Part shown: piece after piece, positions 1 to 12,800 of the stretch
How positions within the stretch are numbered: position 1 is the first letter of the stretch
How the letters are laid out: every line of letters begins with the position of its first letter
Origin: Nemertoderma westbladi
Taxonomy: Eukaryota > Animalia > Xenacoelomorpha
Assembly (NCBI GenBank): GCA_032718475.1
Contig: JAUCBJ010003381.1
Coordinates: 1 to 64,000 of the forward strand
Length of the DNA: 64,000 bases
Direction of reading: 5' to 3'
Program-made: the position numbers and the translations under genes
Notes under the pieces: generated by a model
Told to the model about the DNA's origin: nothing
Seen by the model: only the letters and a program-made list of their open reading frames with translations
Database searches by the model: none

Positions 1-1402
1 ACTTGTTGTTTTATACTGCTATTTACTGTCAGTTCTTCATAATATGGTTGATGAATTATTATATTTGGAATAACGATAAATAACCCCGCAACCCAATATT
101 CTTGATATACCGAAGGTAAGAGAGAAAGGTTACCAATAACGATTGTGACTTATGTTAAAGTGGTTTGAAGTGAATCTAATGTTATTTGATAGACCCTACA
201 TGAGTCAGCCTGTGTTCCTTTTATATGTGACTAAAATCAGTGAAGATTGGCAGATTAGTGTGCAGTATTGTGCAGCATTGTGTATGAGTGAGTCTGTTAA
301 AGAAGCAATTCCTAAAGAATGCGTCATATATGTGGATTATAATTAAGCCATATCGTTGTGAGTAGTTTAAGTCATAACTCTGTTTATGTAGATAAAGCGC
401 CACGTCCTAAAGGAACTGTTAATATTACCGAAGGTGAATAATATTGTCAGAGATTATATAATACTGTCAGTCGAATAATACATTAGGCTTACATAGCAAT
501 AAAAATTAAACCGTCGAACCCAATCTCCCGGGAATATCCAGCGGGTGAATGGTCGCGCACGGATTGGTTTCGACTAGTGTAGTGAATCAAATACTTGTCA
601 TAGACTAAAAGCAGATTTAATATCTAGAAGACATCTTAATTTGGTGGGTTAAACTGCCAAAGGTCTGAAAGCGCGAACAGTAGCCTACAGTTAGAAAGAT
701 GGCCATGTAAGGATTCCAAATACATTATGTAACACGATCTGAATTTCATAGCAAAATAGCTTAGAAATGAGCGTTCAAATGTTGCATTGTTTTGCATCTG
801 ATCAGGCTATTTTATTCTATTTATTCAATACACCCTATTCTAGAACATTTTGTTTATGTATGAATAGCTACATAATAGTATGATTAAAGAGTTATTGCAT
901 TGTTGCCCAGCTAGCTAGGAAAAACACCAGCTACCATAAAAAATACCTACTAAGATTATATAATTCACTAGGCACTAGGTCTACAGTACTTGGCAAGGAA
1001 GTACAGTACGACTAGAACATTTCACCAAAAACACAAAAACATTAATTATAAAAAATGGTCACACAAGCTATACTACCCCCGTAATCAGCTGTTATTTGCG
1101 TGGATTGTGTCAAAAGTCCCACACAAGTCCCTATCCGAATCTTGAATATCAAGTTATATATAAATTAATGCATTCTAAAAAGGTTCCAAAAAACTTGTGA
1201 AGATTACACAAATTTTGCTAACGGAAAGCGTTTTAACATTTGCTGGCCACCATGTTAACTATTAGTTGTTAGTAGTTGCTTTGAGAAATTCTAGAATATT
1301 GATAATAAAGACTGGAAAATACACTTTTAACAATTATTAAATACGAAATGCCAATCTATAATCAACTCTAGCCTATGAAAATTTTGGCAATCCTTAACAA
1401 TA

Positions 1403-3439
1403 ATGTTGTCTTACAAAAAAATATATTTATCTATATTATTTCTTACGACCAACATTTATTTTGGCCAAAGTCAAATTTCTGCCAAAGAATACGAGGATAT
1501 CTTAGAACCGGCATATTATGTTTGCAAACATCACGACGGACCTGGATGCGTCGGGGACGAAGAATCTATCTCTGTTTGGATCGTATGCTGCGGAATCTCC
1601 ATAGAAAATAAACGTTTGGAAATTATATTTAGTCGCAATATGGAGCAGGTTACAGACGCTGAACTTCGCGCCTTGCGACTGGGCGGAGCCAATAGCAACA
1701 GGTTCAAACAACCTTCTCTGGACTTCAACCACTTCGCCAACGACTTTGCATTTAATTATTTCCCTATTTGTTCCACGCCATGGCGAACCTTTGAGTTGCC
1801 GCAACCTCCGTGCCAGGAGGGGATTATTCGGAGCGAGCAGACCTGCGAACCGGACCCCTGTATCTGGCTGAGGATCCTCGAGAAACCGCGAAAGCCGGGA
1901 ACCCTAATTCCCCTGTGCGGTTCAGCCTTCGTATGTTCCTACCACTGCTTGTCGCACTGGCGCGATTACTTTCTCACGTCACCGACTACTATTATGAGCC
2001 AACGAGAACGCGATTCGTTGGAGTGCGTCTGGGAGGGGCTTTACGATTCACAGAGAGCCGACCTCGTCTACGCTAAAGGCAACGCCCCTTCCTACCTCCA
2101 CAGAATTGCGAATTTTCAGCTGTGCTATTTGTTCCTTGCACAGGGTATATTTATTATATTGACATCGTTTCTAAGCATATACAGTTGCTTATCAGCTCAT
2201 GGATTGCAGCGGTCCTACGCTACTCATTTTTTTATTTCTGTTTGTATTTCGGATATTTTTTCAGGGGTGATCATAGCGTTTACCTTATATTTTTCCTATC
2301 GTAGTATTGATATAAATGTAAATATTCCTACAGATGATTTGACAGGTATGTTCGCGTACTCGAAATCTGGGAATCTCTTTAATTCTACCCCGCCGTTTCA
2401 TTCCATACTTGTAACCCTAAATCTTTTCAATGAATCAACGGTTATCACTAAAGAAAACCTACGATTCCAATACAACATTATTAGGTTCTACCAAATTAAA
2501 GCGATGTTCTTATTACTGTTGCCAACAACGATAGCTAGAACTACTGTGGTTATATTCAGAGACCTGGTGCTAAGGGATGGGCGTATTCTCTTCATGGAAA
2601 GACCTAAAAAGAAATATATTTTATTTACTTATATTTTATTGACAGCATTAATAGCAATACAGACTTGTCAATATGTTATGTGTAATTTATTATTGCTTTA
2701 CGGTGACGTACTCAGAAAGTTAACTTACCTTATGAATGTGTACTATTTATTTATATTCCTTCTTATAGTGGCACCACTGTGGTGGAACGTTTATTTACTT
2801 ATATTAAAGCGATACGGGTATAAACCCGGCAAAATCTGCAAGAAGAGCTGCAAATGTTGTAAATGTAGGTGTTTGTCATGTGTAAAGAGGTCGAAAGATG
2901 CCAATGCGATGGAGAGCGAACGAATCTCACGGGGCGACGCCCTGTGCAAAAAATCAAAAAGGTCAAGTTCTATTGGCAGCGCCGCTAAGAGGATTTCGCG
3001 GATTCTCAATAGATCAAACAAACGCAGCAGTTCCGTTGGATCCAGTACATTGTATCTCAGCGCGACAGACCTGTCCAGTTTCCAAACCTACAACATTAAA
3101 TACAATAATATATTCAGGGGCATAAAGGAATGGTTTGATATAATTAGGAGAGATTATTTTCCGGAGGCTGTATATTTCATTACCGAGCCGTGTTTATGGA
3201 TTGTGTATCTGAGTGTCGAGGTATTCGCATCCCTTACTGTGCCCAAATACACCGAGATAATGGTTCGAGATATGTTCACAACAGAATATGAAAACTTGTT
3301 CAAAAAGAGTACAGAGGCCTTATATTTCGAGAACAATCTCATTTGGATACGGATGGCTATTATATTTGCCATAATGTGCAGGAGTGTAACTGTTGATGCA
3401 TTTTACCCGGGCATGAAAAAGCACATGTTTTATTGTTAA
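1403..3439 (+). CDS. Intronless 678-aa divergent class A-like 7TM receptor with signal peptide and Cys-rich ectodomain
   Basis: Long ATG-initiated ORF; hydrophobic N-terminus; ~12 Cys before the first TM; ~7 hydrophobic segments; TM2-like FFISVCISDIFSG (D2.50-like) and TM6-like CLWIVY; long basic Ser-rich loop between TM5 and TM6. Canonical DRY and NPxxY are absent. Confidence 0.65.
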   Translation: MLSYKKIYLSILFLTTNIYFGQSQISAKEYEDILEPAYYVCKHHDGPGCVGDEESISVWIVCCGISIENKRLEIIFSRNMEQVTDAELRALRLGGANSNRFKQPSLDFNHFANDFAFNYFPICSTPWRTFELPQPPCQEGIIRSEQTCEPDPCIWLRILEKPRKPGTLIPLCGSAFVCSYHCLSHWRDYFLTSPTTIMSQRERDSLECVWEGLYDSQRADLVYAKGNAPSYLHRIANFQLCYLFLAQGIFIILTSFLSIYSCLSAHGLQRSYATHFFISVCISDIFSGVIIAFTLYFSYRSIDINVNIPTDDLTGMFAYSKSGNLFNSTPPFHSILVTLNLFNESTVITKENLRFQYNIIRFYQIKAMFLLLLPTTIARTTVVIFRDLVLRDGRILFMERPKKKYILFTYILLTALIAIQTCQYVMCNLLLLYGDVLRKLTYLMNVYYLFIFLLIVAPLWWNVYLLILKRYGYKPGKICKKSCKCCKCRCLSCVKRSKDANAMESERISRGDALCKKSKRSSSIGSAAKRISRILNRSNKRSSSVGSSTLYLSATDLSSFQTYNIKYNNIFRGIKEWFDIIRRDYFPEAVYFITEPCLWIVYLSVEVFASLTVPKYTEIMVRDMFTTEYENLFKKSTEALYFENNLIWIRMAIIFAIMCRSVTVDAFYPGMKKHMFYC

Positions 3440-3753
3440 TATCGTTATAATTTAATCAGCAATTGAGTAGACTTTCCTGTTTCGTATTTATAAAAACTCA
3501 TCTTTTCAGATTTAGGCCTACTTCCAGTCATTTAATTATATTAAACCCGAGAGGGGGGGGTGGGGGGGGGGGGGGGGGGGGGGGGGGGGTATAACCCAAA
3601 CCTGGATTTTTTGTTAGATTTCGGAAACAAACGGAGTTGAAAATCGGTATTCTGTCATTTCTGGGGTTGCAGCTTTGCACTTCCACTTCAAATAACAAGA
3701 AGTTAGCGTTTCAGTGGGGAGGTATATTTACTTCCCTTAGAAATGATGTTACG

Positions 3754-4450
3754 GTTACCTGGGATCATGAAACCGGAAGTGTAAGGGAAAGGCATTGATT
3801 GGGCAGCCTTGAATGGGCTTTCCAGGATTTGGAAGTGACACAGAATTAATCGGAAACTTAAGGTCCGATTATTTAGAGCATCAGTAGTTCCAGTACTCCT
3901 CTATGGGAGTCCATGCTGGGCTCTAACTGCTGAGGACACCAACTCTCTGGATGGCACATTCACAAGAATGCTACGCCGTTTTCACTGTGTCAAGTTCAAT
4001 GCACACATCTCCAACCAGACACTATATAACATTGGAGGTGTCTCATTGGTTCCCCCAAGCTTGACACTAGAACAAAGCCGCCTCCGCTTTGCAAGACATT
4101 GTTTTCGCCGTGAGGACCAGCCTGTGCACAATTTGTGCATTGGCAGCCCCGTGGAGAAAATAGGCATGGTGGCAGCCCATGATTTTTGTGAGATGCCTTC
4201 TAAAGGACATTGATCTTGAAGGCGGATAATCTCGCGAAAGTCATGGGGGATAGGAGTTGTGGCGGTGCAATTTTGTTGATAAGCCGGCATAGCATTCTTA
4301 AATGCAGGCCGCGTTTGGAGCCTGCCAATTGTGGATTGCATGGTGGTGACAAAAACATTTTTGATAAGCCAGCAAAGCCTCTTAATGTGGAGATTCAATG
4401 CAGCAGGCCGATGTTAGTATTAGTAAAGTTATTAGTATTAGTATTAGTTA
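3754..4450 (+). mobile_element. RTE-clade LINE, 5'-truncated 3' fragment
   Basis: Encodes ...LLYGSPCWALT..LDGTFTRMLRR..RLRFARHCFR; high similarity to the copy at 49541-50390; ends in a (TTAG/TAG)-rich tail. Confidence 0.85.
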
Positions 4451-5322
4451 AATTTTATTCTTAAATTGTTACTTTTTCGCTTGGATATACTCCAAACTCG
4501 GGAGAAAATGGAGTACTTTTTTCCATTGGGAAATAAAGTAACCAGTAGGATTGCATTGATTTTACTTTTTTCCCGGCGTAAAATGTAAAGTAAAATATTT
4601 TTGGTGGAATTTCTTCAAATTGTATTACATGTGTTGAAAGAGCATCGACGTAGAAAAGGTTTGAAAGTAATTTTAGCAAAATCTATTCAAACACTGAAAA
4701 GTTATTGCAACTTTAGAGTCTACAAGGCGAACTCCAAAACGGAACTCAATATCCAATATTGGTTTATGTAGTTAAGCGGCGCTCTAGTTACGTAATAAAT
4801 ATTCTAGAACACTAAATTCATTTACAGCATCAGGAGTTGAAGAGTACAATAATTTGAATAGCAGTAACTATGGAAGCAATATAGTAAAATACTACAGTTC
4901 AATATTATTTTGTCACACACTATATCGTTCTATATTTTATTAAAGAATGGAGCAACAAATAAGTACCGGTACCTATTTAAGAATAAAATTACATGGGAAA
5001 AACGTAGAACATTTGTTGTAATTATATATAGATAAATTATTGTAACACAATATCGCTCTATATTATTTAAATAAATAAGCAACAAAATAAGTACCAATTT
5101 AAGAATAAAATATTAGATGAGAAAAAAACTTAAAACATACCGGTATTTTTTCAATATTCTCTCGACCCTTTATTAACCTCGCTGGCGTTCGGTAAATAAA
5201 ATGCCTCGAGAATAGTGAAAAAAAAGTTATATTTGTTTCCCATGTAAAAAATAATTTATTATTGCTGTCGTAGGCCTAGATGAAAGTCGTTGTCGAGTTT
5301 GTCCAACACATAAACTAAACTA

Positions 5323-6104
5323 TCAGCACAGTGATCCAGTGTGGTGCACCTTGTAGGACATCTCAACATGCCAGATTCTCCATTGCAATAATGATCGCAA
5401 ATTTATCTTACTGTCAATACAAGCTGGTTTCTCTACACTGTAAAAATGTCGTTCAGATACAAAATGTTTCGTTTTCCAAGTTTTACATGGATCCGGATTT
5501 GCGTAAATAGTGGCGATTCCATAGCTCCTTGATGAGTCTAGTTTTCGTTGGAGAAAATCCATATATACGTATCGTGTTACTTCAATGTGTAATCGATTGG
5601 ACGTCTCTATAACTCCAAGGACGTCCAGCTGTGAGAAGTGGTTCATCCAGTATTGCATTCCAAGTTGAGGGAACTTACTCCACCAAGATTCCACTCGCTG
5701 ATTTGGTGAGCTCTTACCATACTGTATATACTGCGCCTGATAAAGCCCGCGAATCATTTTGAAATGCTCTGAAATGTTAAGGTGATGATATCGTTGTATC
5801 ACCTCAACATTGACATCATCGACCTTATGAGGTAAGGCAATCCATTGAGATCATTATTGGCACTGAGGAATATTGTCCAATTACATAAGGATCGTTATTC
5901 GAAGGTTCTCACTTCAACCAAACCACTTTTCGACTGTATCCATCCACACAAGCGTAGAATGTAAACCCCCATAATGTTTCAGTTTATTTCAAGTCGACGG
6001 CCAACAGTTTTGGTAGATAATTCATTTCGGTGATCATGGAACAATTGCTTCGAGATTTCTGAGTGTGTATAAAAGTACTCAATTAAAGCTCCTTCTAAGT
6101 CCAT
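5323..6104 (-). pseudogene. Degenerate DDE integrase-core transposase remnant (IS3EU-like/rve-like family)
   Basis: Broken frames give MDLEGALIEYF, NKLKHYG..CVDGYSRKVVWL..SNNDP and GKSSPNQRVESWW..WMNHF..LH..FLQRKLD, motifs typical of this transposase group; contains stops and frameshifts. Confidence 0.7.
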
Positions 6105-6277
6105 GTTTGTCACAATTTTAATTACGTTTTCAAGCAGCCATTTTTGAATTATTGGCAAATAAACTCATGGTAAAACCCCACACTACGCGTAACTTAATTG
6201 TTTTTTGAATCTATTATCTCAGAATTTAATATATTATGCGCAATCACGCCGCATGATGGCGCAAGTCTCATTATATT

Positions 6278-6287
6278 CAAGATGGCG
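6278..6287 (+). promoter_or_regulatory. YY1-like motif CAAGATGGCG overlapping the eIF4B start codon; second GCCATTTT near 6137
   Basis: Matches the YY1 consensus; overlap with the ATG is known in housekeeping genes. Function is inferred only. Confidence 0.3.
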
Positions 6288-6294
6288 TCCTCAG
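6282..6294 (+). CDS. EIF4B: eIF4B exon 1 (MASS+G)
   Basis: ATGGCGTCCTCAG|GTTAGT; 13-nt phase-1 first coding exon like vertebrate EIF4B (MAAS); phase matches exon 2. Confidence 0.8.
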
Positions 6295-6614
6295 GTTAGT
6301 TCGAAATTGTGGTATCAAAAGCAGCTGAGCTGGACTGCCTACAGCCTACCGGTACCGGCACTGGGTTAAGCAGCGTGCATATAGCCTAGCCTACCGCGTG
6401 GTTCCGGCTGACCGGTGCGGTTCTATAGAATGGAGTTAACTTGCCGCCTCTGGCTCAGCTCTAGTCTAGCCAGCTAGCTGACTACTACAGTACTAGGTAC
6501 CGTAGCAGACTCTGCTGCTCTGAGACTAGCTGACCAGTTCTGGTACCGTACTGCCGTACCTAGTTCTGCAGTTCTGTCTGTCTGTAACTGCTGAACTGTC
6601 TCACTGTGCACTGC

Positions 6615-7297
6615 CAGGCTGCAAATGGAGTGCAAAAATCGCAACGCGTTGTGCGCGGAATTGACTGATTGAAATAAAAGTGCGCGGAATTGTGTGAAAA
6701 ACTAAAAACACCAAAAGTGCGCGGTAATCTGTGCAAAATATTAAGAGTCATAAAAAAAGTTATAAAGCAGTAAAGTGTGTGCAAAACTGCAATTTAATGA
6801 GAAAAATACGGTAGGCCTTATTACCTACGGCATACGGTAGCCATAAAAAATTTCACTCGCTTCGCTCTCGTTTCTTTTCCATTTTGCATTGTTAAAATAA
6901 AAAAATTTCGCTCGCTTCGCTCGCGTTTTTTTTTTTCATTTTAGGTCTCCCACCCGATCTATACCGGTACCTACCGGTATATAAAAAACTAAAAATGTCA
7001 CTTGCTTCGCTCGCGTTTTGTTTTCATTTTGCATTGCTTTGGCCCCTAAATTAACTTTTTTATTTCTTTACGTTACCGGTACCGGCTGACCGGTAATAAA
7101 TAATAATTTTCTTGATTGATTTATTTATTTTTGTGTTACCGGTAGCGTGAATTTAATTGTTTTCAGCTTGGGGTGCGCGTTTTTTCGGTCCATGTGCGGT
7201 ATATTGCCAGATATTGCGCGGCTGAAAAATTGTGCGCCGGCGTTGTGCGCGGGCCTCGGCGGGCGTTGTGCGCGGTTCAGTGGTGGTTTGCAGCCTG
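6615..7297. mobile_element. hAT-like MITE in eIF4B intron 1
   Basis: TIRs CAGGCTGCAAA / TTTGCAGCCTG; GTCTCACTGT present on both flanks; internal CGCTTCGCTCG repeats. Confidence 0.6.
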
Positions 7298-8214
7298 GTC
7301 TCACTGTAGCAGTGTAGTTCAGTCTGTCAGTAGTTCTGTAGTTATATAGTTAGACAAGCTAAACCAGTAAACTGAAGTCACTACTGGACTACGGTACCGG
7401 TAGTGCCCTGTCGCTGTCACAGTGTCACGCTGTCAGTCTGTCTGGGTCTGCCGGTTACTCTGTTAGCAGGTTAGTACTGTAGGCCTAGTAGGCCTACAGT
7501 AGTAACTGAGTAAAGGAGCAGGTTACGTTCAGTTTACGTTACAGACTATCAGACATCAGAGGCGAGTTGAACTGTCAGAGTGGAACCAAAACAATGCAGC
7601 AATGGGTCGTATTCTCGTATTACTTTGGGGACCGACTTTTTCAACCGTTTCTAATTGATATTGTTATTTCTAATTGTTATTATATTGTTAATTATCGTCA
7701 AAAATTGAAAAAACCTACTTTTTCACTAAATTTTCAAAAGTAGGTGATCTTAAAACCTACCGGTACCTAGGTGCTAAAGAAAAACCTATTTTGCCTGCTC
7801 TGTAGAATTAGGTACGGTACTCTTAAATATATAAATTAAACTGCAATACTGTTTCCTATTTCAATACTGAAATAGGTGTGTACGAAACCATTTTTTTTTA
7901 CAGTTTGAGCTTGAGGTCATTATTCAATTATTGACATGCAGCCATAAGGCTGTAAGTAGTAAGGTACCAATGGGGGTTCTCTGTCAATAGGCGCCTGTAG
8001 ATTTTGTACCCTTACGTTTTTATTTTGCCGTAAACTCAAACCTTGTGTAAACTGTATTCCTTTAGCGGTTACAGGTTTAAGCCTACCCTCCCGGTAGAAC
8101 AATTTCAGTTTACCCGAAGCTTACATCATAAATCTATTAGGCCTACATGCACGCACATTGTACATTTTGTGTAGATTTGGTTTTCCGAAATTTACTTACG
8201 TTCTTATGTTGCAG

Positions 8215-8346
8215 GGAAGAAGGGCAAATCGAAGCCCACAAAAGTTCATCTTTCGGAGTTTGTAGGTGAGGCAAATTATGTCGTTAAATCGAAATCACAG
8301 ACGGATTGGGCTGACGAGGTTGAGGAAGAGGAGCAGCTGTCAATGT
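8215..8346 (+). CDS. EIF4B: eIF4B exon 2
   Basis: TTGCAG|...|GTAAGT; GKKGKSKPTKVHLSEFV...QTDWADEVE matches the eIF4B N-terminus (KKGK..L.DF..SWADE). Confidence 0.9.
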
Positions 8347-8970
8347 GTAAGTTAATTTTATGTCCGTGTACACCATACAAACATTAATGATCAGATCACA
8401 TTGCTCACTTAATCTCAGTCTTCCAATATGATTTTTAGAATAACTGAATAGGCCTAAGCAGTTAAGTGACGTGCAAATTACTTGTATTAAGTTTTGCTTA
8501 TGTTTGTTTCTACGCCCATATACTCTAACAAACTACTAGCAACTACATACTAAATGTGTACAGTATTTACTGTAATTTGGTCGTATATGGATGGATTTAT
8601 CCATAGCGCATTGACTAGGCCTATCATGGTTTGGTCTTTAAAGGACATAATGGGAATTACTTTCAATGTCTTTTACTAATGATTTAATTTAATTAAGAAC
8701 ACATTCCATCTTACGTACGTTCATAATACGTATATACCGCATGCCTAATGAATACGGTATCATAAAAGTGGTACCGGTATATAAATTATGACGTTATCTG
8801 AATAGCATTAGCGCAACACGCCTTCTCTTGTGTTGTTTTTCACGTGCGAATTAGACCGAATACTGAGACCTTTAATTATGACTGTTCAAACTAGTGTGAA
8901 AATTCCGATTATACTTTTGCAAACGAGACCAGACGAAGTATTAATCACTTTACTATTATTTTTACTACAG

Positions 8971-9146
8971 TTAGCAGGTCGAAGAAGGTTGATTTAGCTA
9001 CACTTCCGACTGCCCCTAAAGCATCTCGTGGATGTTCTTTCAACCCCGATGATCTCCCCAAACAGCCTCCCTACAAGGTCCACATAAAGAACCTCCCATA
9101 TGAAGCAGAGGAGCCCATGATCATTGATTTCTTTAAAGGACTCACC
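8971..9146 (+). CDS. EIF4B: eIF4B exon 3 (LPTAP motif, RRM start)
   Basis: TACAG|...|GTTAGT; LPTAPKASR..LPKQPPYKVHIKNLPYEAEE..IIDFFKGL (LPTAP plus RNP2). Confidence 0.95.
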
Positions 9147-9830
9147 GTTAGTTTTAATATCTATATTATTATGTTTATATTAAACTTATACTTGTTGCCA
9201 AGCAATAGTAAGAGTAACCCCTTTATATTGTTACCGGTATGTGCAGTAAGTTGAATAGTTGGAGTAGTTGGTTTGCCGCATGGCTTTGCTTCCATGGAGG
9301 TGATCTGGCAGGAATTCTGCTAAGCCCATTTGCACTTCAGACCCTAAACAACATCTCATCTATAAATTCCAGGGTCATGATTGCAACATTTGCAGGGATT
9401 CCCAAGACAACAGTAATATGGAAAATCGGAAAGACCGGAAGGATCCCCCCCCCCCCCCCCCCCCCCACTCCCAATAAAACGACAACACTCACCACCACCC
9501 AATCCTCTCAGAAATATGCAGCATTAATACAAATATATTGTTAGAGTGTGAGGGGGGGGGGGGGGGGGGCTACTTTTTCAAAATTTGATATATATTCTGT
9601 CTATCATCTATCATCTTTCATCTATCATTTCAGAATTTAATAATAATCTAAATTCTGAAAACGACTTTTATCAAGAATTATTTTAGTTCTGAGTTATCGA
9701 TGTCTGACCGCCTTACGGTCTGTCCATTTAAATTATAAGGCATTCAGGCCGACAGACTAGATTCTATCAGACATTGAAACTGACTGGAAATTAAATCACC
9801 GAACACGTAAACCCCCGTAATTAAAATTTT

Positions 9831-12800
9831 AACTCGGTGGTTTTCTTCCTTCGAGCCAACCATTGTTTCTAACCCGGTGGTTTTCTTCCTTCGAGCCAAC
9901 CATTGTTTCTAACCCTGTGGTTTTCTTCCTTCGAGCCAACCATTGTTTCTAACCCGGTGGTTTTCTTCCTTCGAGCCAACCATTGTTTCTAACCCTGTGG
10001 TTTTCTTCCTTCGAGCCAACCATTGTTTCTAACCCTGTGGTTTTCTTCCTTCGAGCCAACCATTGTTTCTAACCCTGTGGTTTTCTTCCTTCGAGCCAAC
10101 CATTGTTTCTAACCCGGTGGTTTTCTTCCTTCGAGCCAACCATTGTTTCTAACCCTGTGGTTTTCTTCCTTCGAGCCAACCATTGTTTCTAACCCGGTGG
10201 TTTTCTTCCTTCGAGCCAACCATTGTTTCTAACCCTGTGGTTTTCTTCCTTCGAGCCAACCATTGTTTCTAACCCTGTGGTTTTCTTCCTTCGAGCCAAC
10301 CATTGTTTCTAACTCAGTGGTTTTCTTCCTTCGAGCCAACCATTGTTTCTAACCCTGTGGTTTTCTTCCTTCGAGCCAACCATTGTTTCTAACCCGGTGG
10401 TTTTCTTCCTTCGAGCCAACCATTGTTTCTAACCCGGTGGTTTTCTTCCTTCGAGCCAACCATTGTTTCTAACCCGGTGGTTTTCTTCCTTCGAGCCAAC
10501 CATTGTTTCTAACCCGGTGGTTTTCTTCCTTCGAGCCAACCATTGTTTCTAACCCGGTGGTTTTCTTCCTTCGAGCCAACCATTGTTTCTAACCCTGTGG
10601 TTTTCTTCCTTCGAGCCAACCATTGTTTCTAACCCGGTGGTTTTCTTCCTTCGAGCCAACCATTGTTTCTAACCCGGTGGTTTTCTTCCTTCGAGCCAAC
10701 CATTGTTTCTAACCCTGTGGTTTTCTTCCTTCGAGCCAACCATTGTTTCTAACCCTGTGGTTTTCTTCCTTCGAGCCAACCATTGTTTCTAACCCTGTGG
10801 TTTTCTTCCTTCGAGCCAACCATTGTTTCTAACCCTGTGGTTTTCTTCCTTCGAGCCAACCATTGTTTCTAACCCTGTGGTTTTCTTCCTTCGAGCCAAC
10901 CATTGTTTCTAACCCTGTGGTTTTCTTCCTTCGAGCCAACCATTGTTTCTAACCCTGTGGTTTTCTTCCTTCGAGCCAACCATTGTTTCTAACCCGGTGG
11001 TTTTCTTCCTTCGAGCCAACCATTGTTTCTAACCCGGTGGTTTTCTTCCTTCGAGCCAACCATTGTTTCTAACCCTGTGGTTTTCTTCCTTCGAGCCAAC
11101 CATTGTTTCTAACCCGGTGGTTTTCTTCCTTCGAGCCAACCATTGTTTCTAACCCTGTGGTTTTCTTCCTTCGAGCCAACCATTGTTTCTAACCCGGTGG
11201 TTTTCTTCCTTCGAGCCAACCATTGTTTCTAACCCGGTGGTTTTCTTCCTTCGAGCCAACCATTGTTTCTAACCCGGTGGTTTTCTTCCTTCGAGCCAAC
11301 CATTGTTTCTAACCCGGTGGTTTTCTTCCTTCGAGCCAACCATTGTTTCTAACCCGGTGGTTTTCTTCCTTCGAGCCAACCATTGTTTCTAACCCGGTGG
11401 TTTTCTTCCTTCGAGCCAACCATTGTTTCTAACTCAGTGGTTTTCTTCCTTCGAGCCAACCATTGTTTCTAACCCGGTGGTTTTCTTCCTTCGAGCCAAC
11501 CATTGTTTCTAACCCGGTGGTTTTCTTCCTTCGAGCCAACCATTGTTTCTAACCCTGTGGTTTTCTTCCTTCGAGCCAACCATTGTTTCTAACTCAGTGG
11601 TTTTCTTCCTTCGAGCCAACCATTGTTTCTAACCCTGTGGTTTTCTTCCTTCGAGCCAACCATTGTTTCTAACTCAGTGGTTTTCTTCCTTCGAGCCAAC
11701 CATTGTTTCTAACCCTGTGGTTTTCTTCCTTCGAGCCAACCATTGTTTCTAACTCAGTGGTTTTCTTCCTTCGAGCCAACCATTGTTTCTAACTCAGTGG
11801 TTTTCTTCCTTCGAGCCAACCATTGTTTCTAACCCGGTGGTTTTCTTCCTTCGAGCCAACCATTGTTTCTAACCCTGTGGTTTTCTTCCTTCGAGCCAAC
11901 CATTGTTTCTAACCCGGTGGTTTTCTTCCTTCGAGCCAACCATTGTTTCTAACCCGGTGGTTTTCTTCCTTCGAGCCAACCATTGTTTCTAACCCTGTGG
12001 TTTTCTTCCTTCGAGCCAACCATTGTTTCTAACTCAGTGGTTTTCTTCCTTCGAGCCAACCATTGTTTCTAACCCGGTGGTTTTCTTCCTTCGAGCCAAC
12101 CATTGTTTCTAACCCTGTGGTTTTCTTCCTTCGAGCCAACCATTGTTTCTAACCCGGTGGTTTTCTTCCTTCGAGCCAACCATTGTTTCTAACCCTGTGG
12201 TTTTCTTCCTTCGAGCCAACCATTGTTTCTAACCCGGTGGTTTTCTTTCTTCGAGCCAACCATTGTTTCTAACTCAGTGGTTTTCTTCCTTCGAGCCAAC
12301 CATTGTTTCTAACCCGGTGGTTTTCTTCCTTCGAGCCAACCATTGTTTCTAACCCTGTGGTTTTCTTCCTTCGAGCCAACCATTGTTTCTAACCCGGTGG
12401 TTTTCTTCCTTCGAGCCAACCATTGTTTCTAACCCTGTGGTTTTCTTCCTTCGAGCCAACCATTGTTTCTAACTCAGTGGTTTTCTTCCTTCGAGCCAAC
12501 CATTGTTTCTAACCCGGTGGTTTTCTTCCTTCGAGCCAACCATTGTTTCTAACCCTGTGGTTTTCTTCCTTCGAGCCAACCATTGTTTCTAACTCAGTGG
12601 TTTTCTTCCTTCGAGCCAACCATTGTTTCTAACCCGGTGGTTTTCTTCCTTCGAGCCAACCATTGTTTCTAACTCAGTGGTTTTCTTCCTTCGAGCCAAC
12701 CATTGTTTCTAACCCTGTGGTTTTCTTCCTTCGAGCCAACCATTGTTTCTAACTCAGTGGTTTTCTTCCTTCGAGCCAACCATTGTTTCTAACCCGGTGG

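Noticed and set aside
152-403. Short ORFs at the window start
   Set aside because: No recognisable motifs or splice context.
3552-3589. Poly-G/C tracts (about ten in the window) as regulatory G-quadruplexes
   Set aside because: Mostly adjacent to or within repeat-derived DNA, and homopolymer lengths are unreliable; no specific support.
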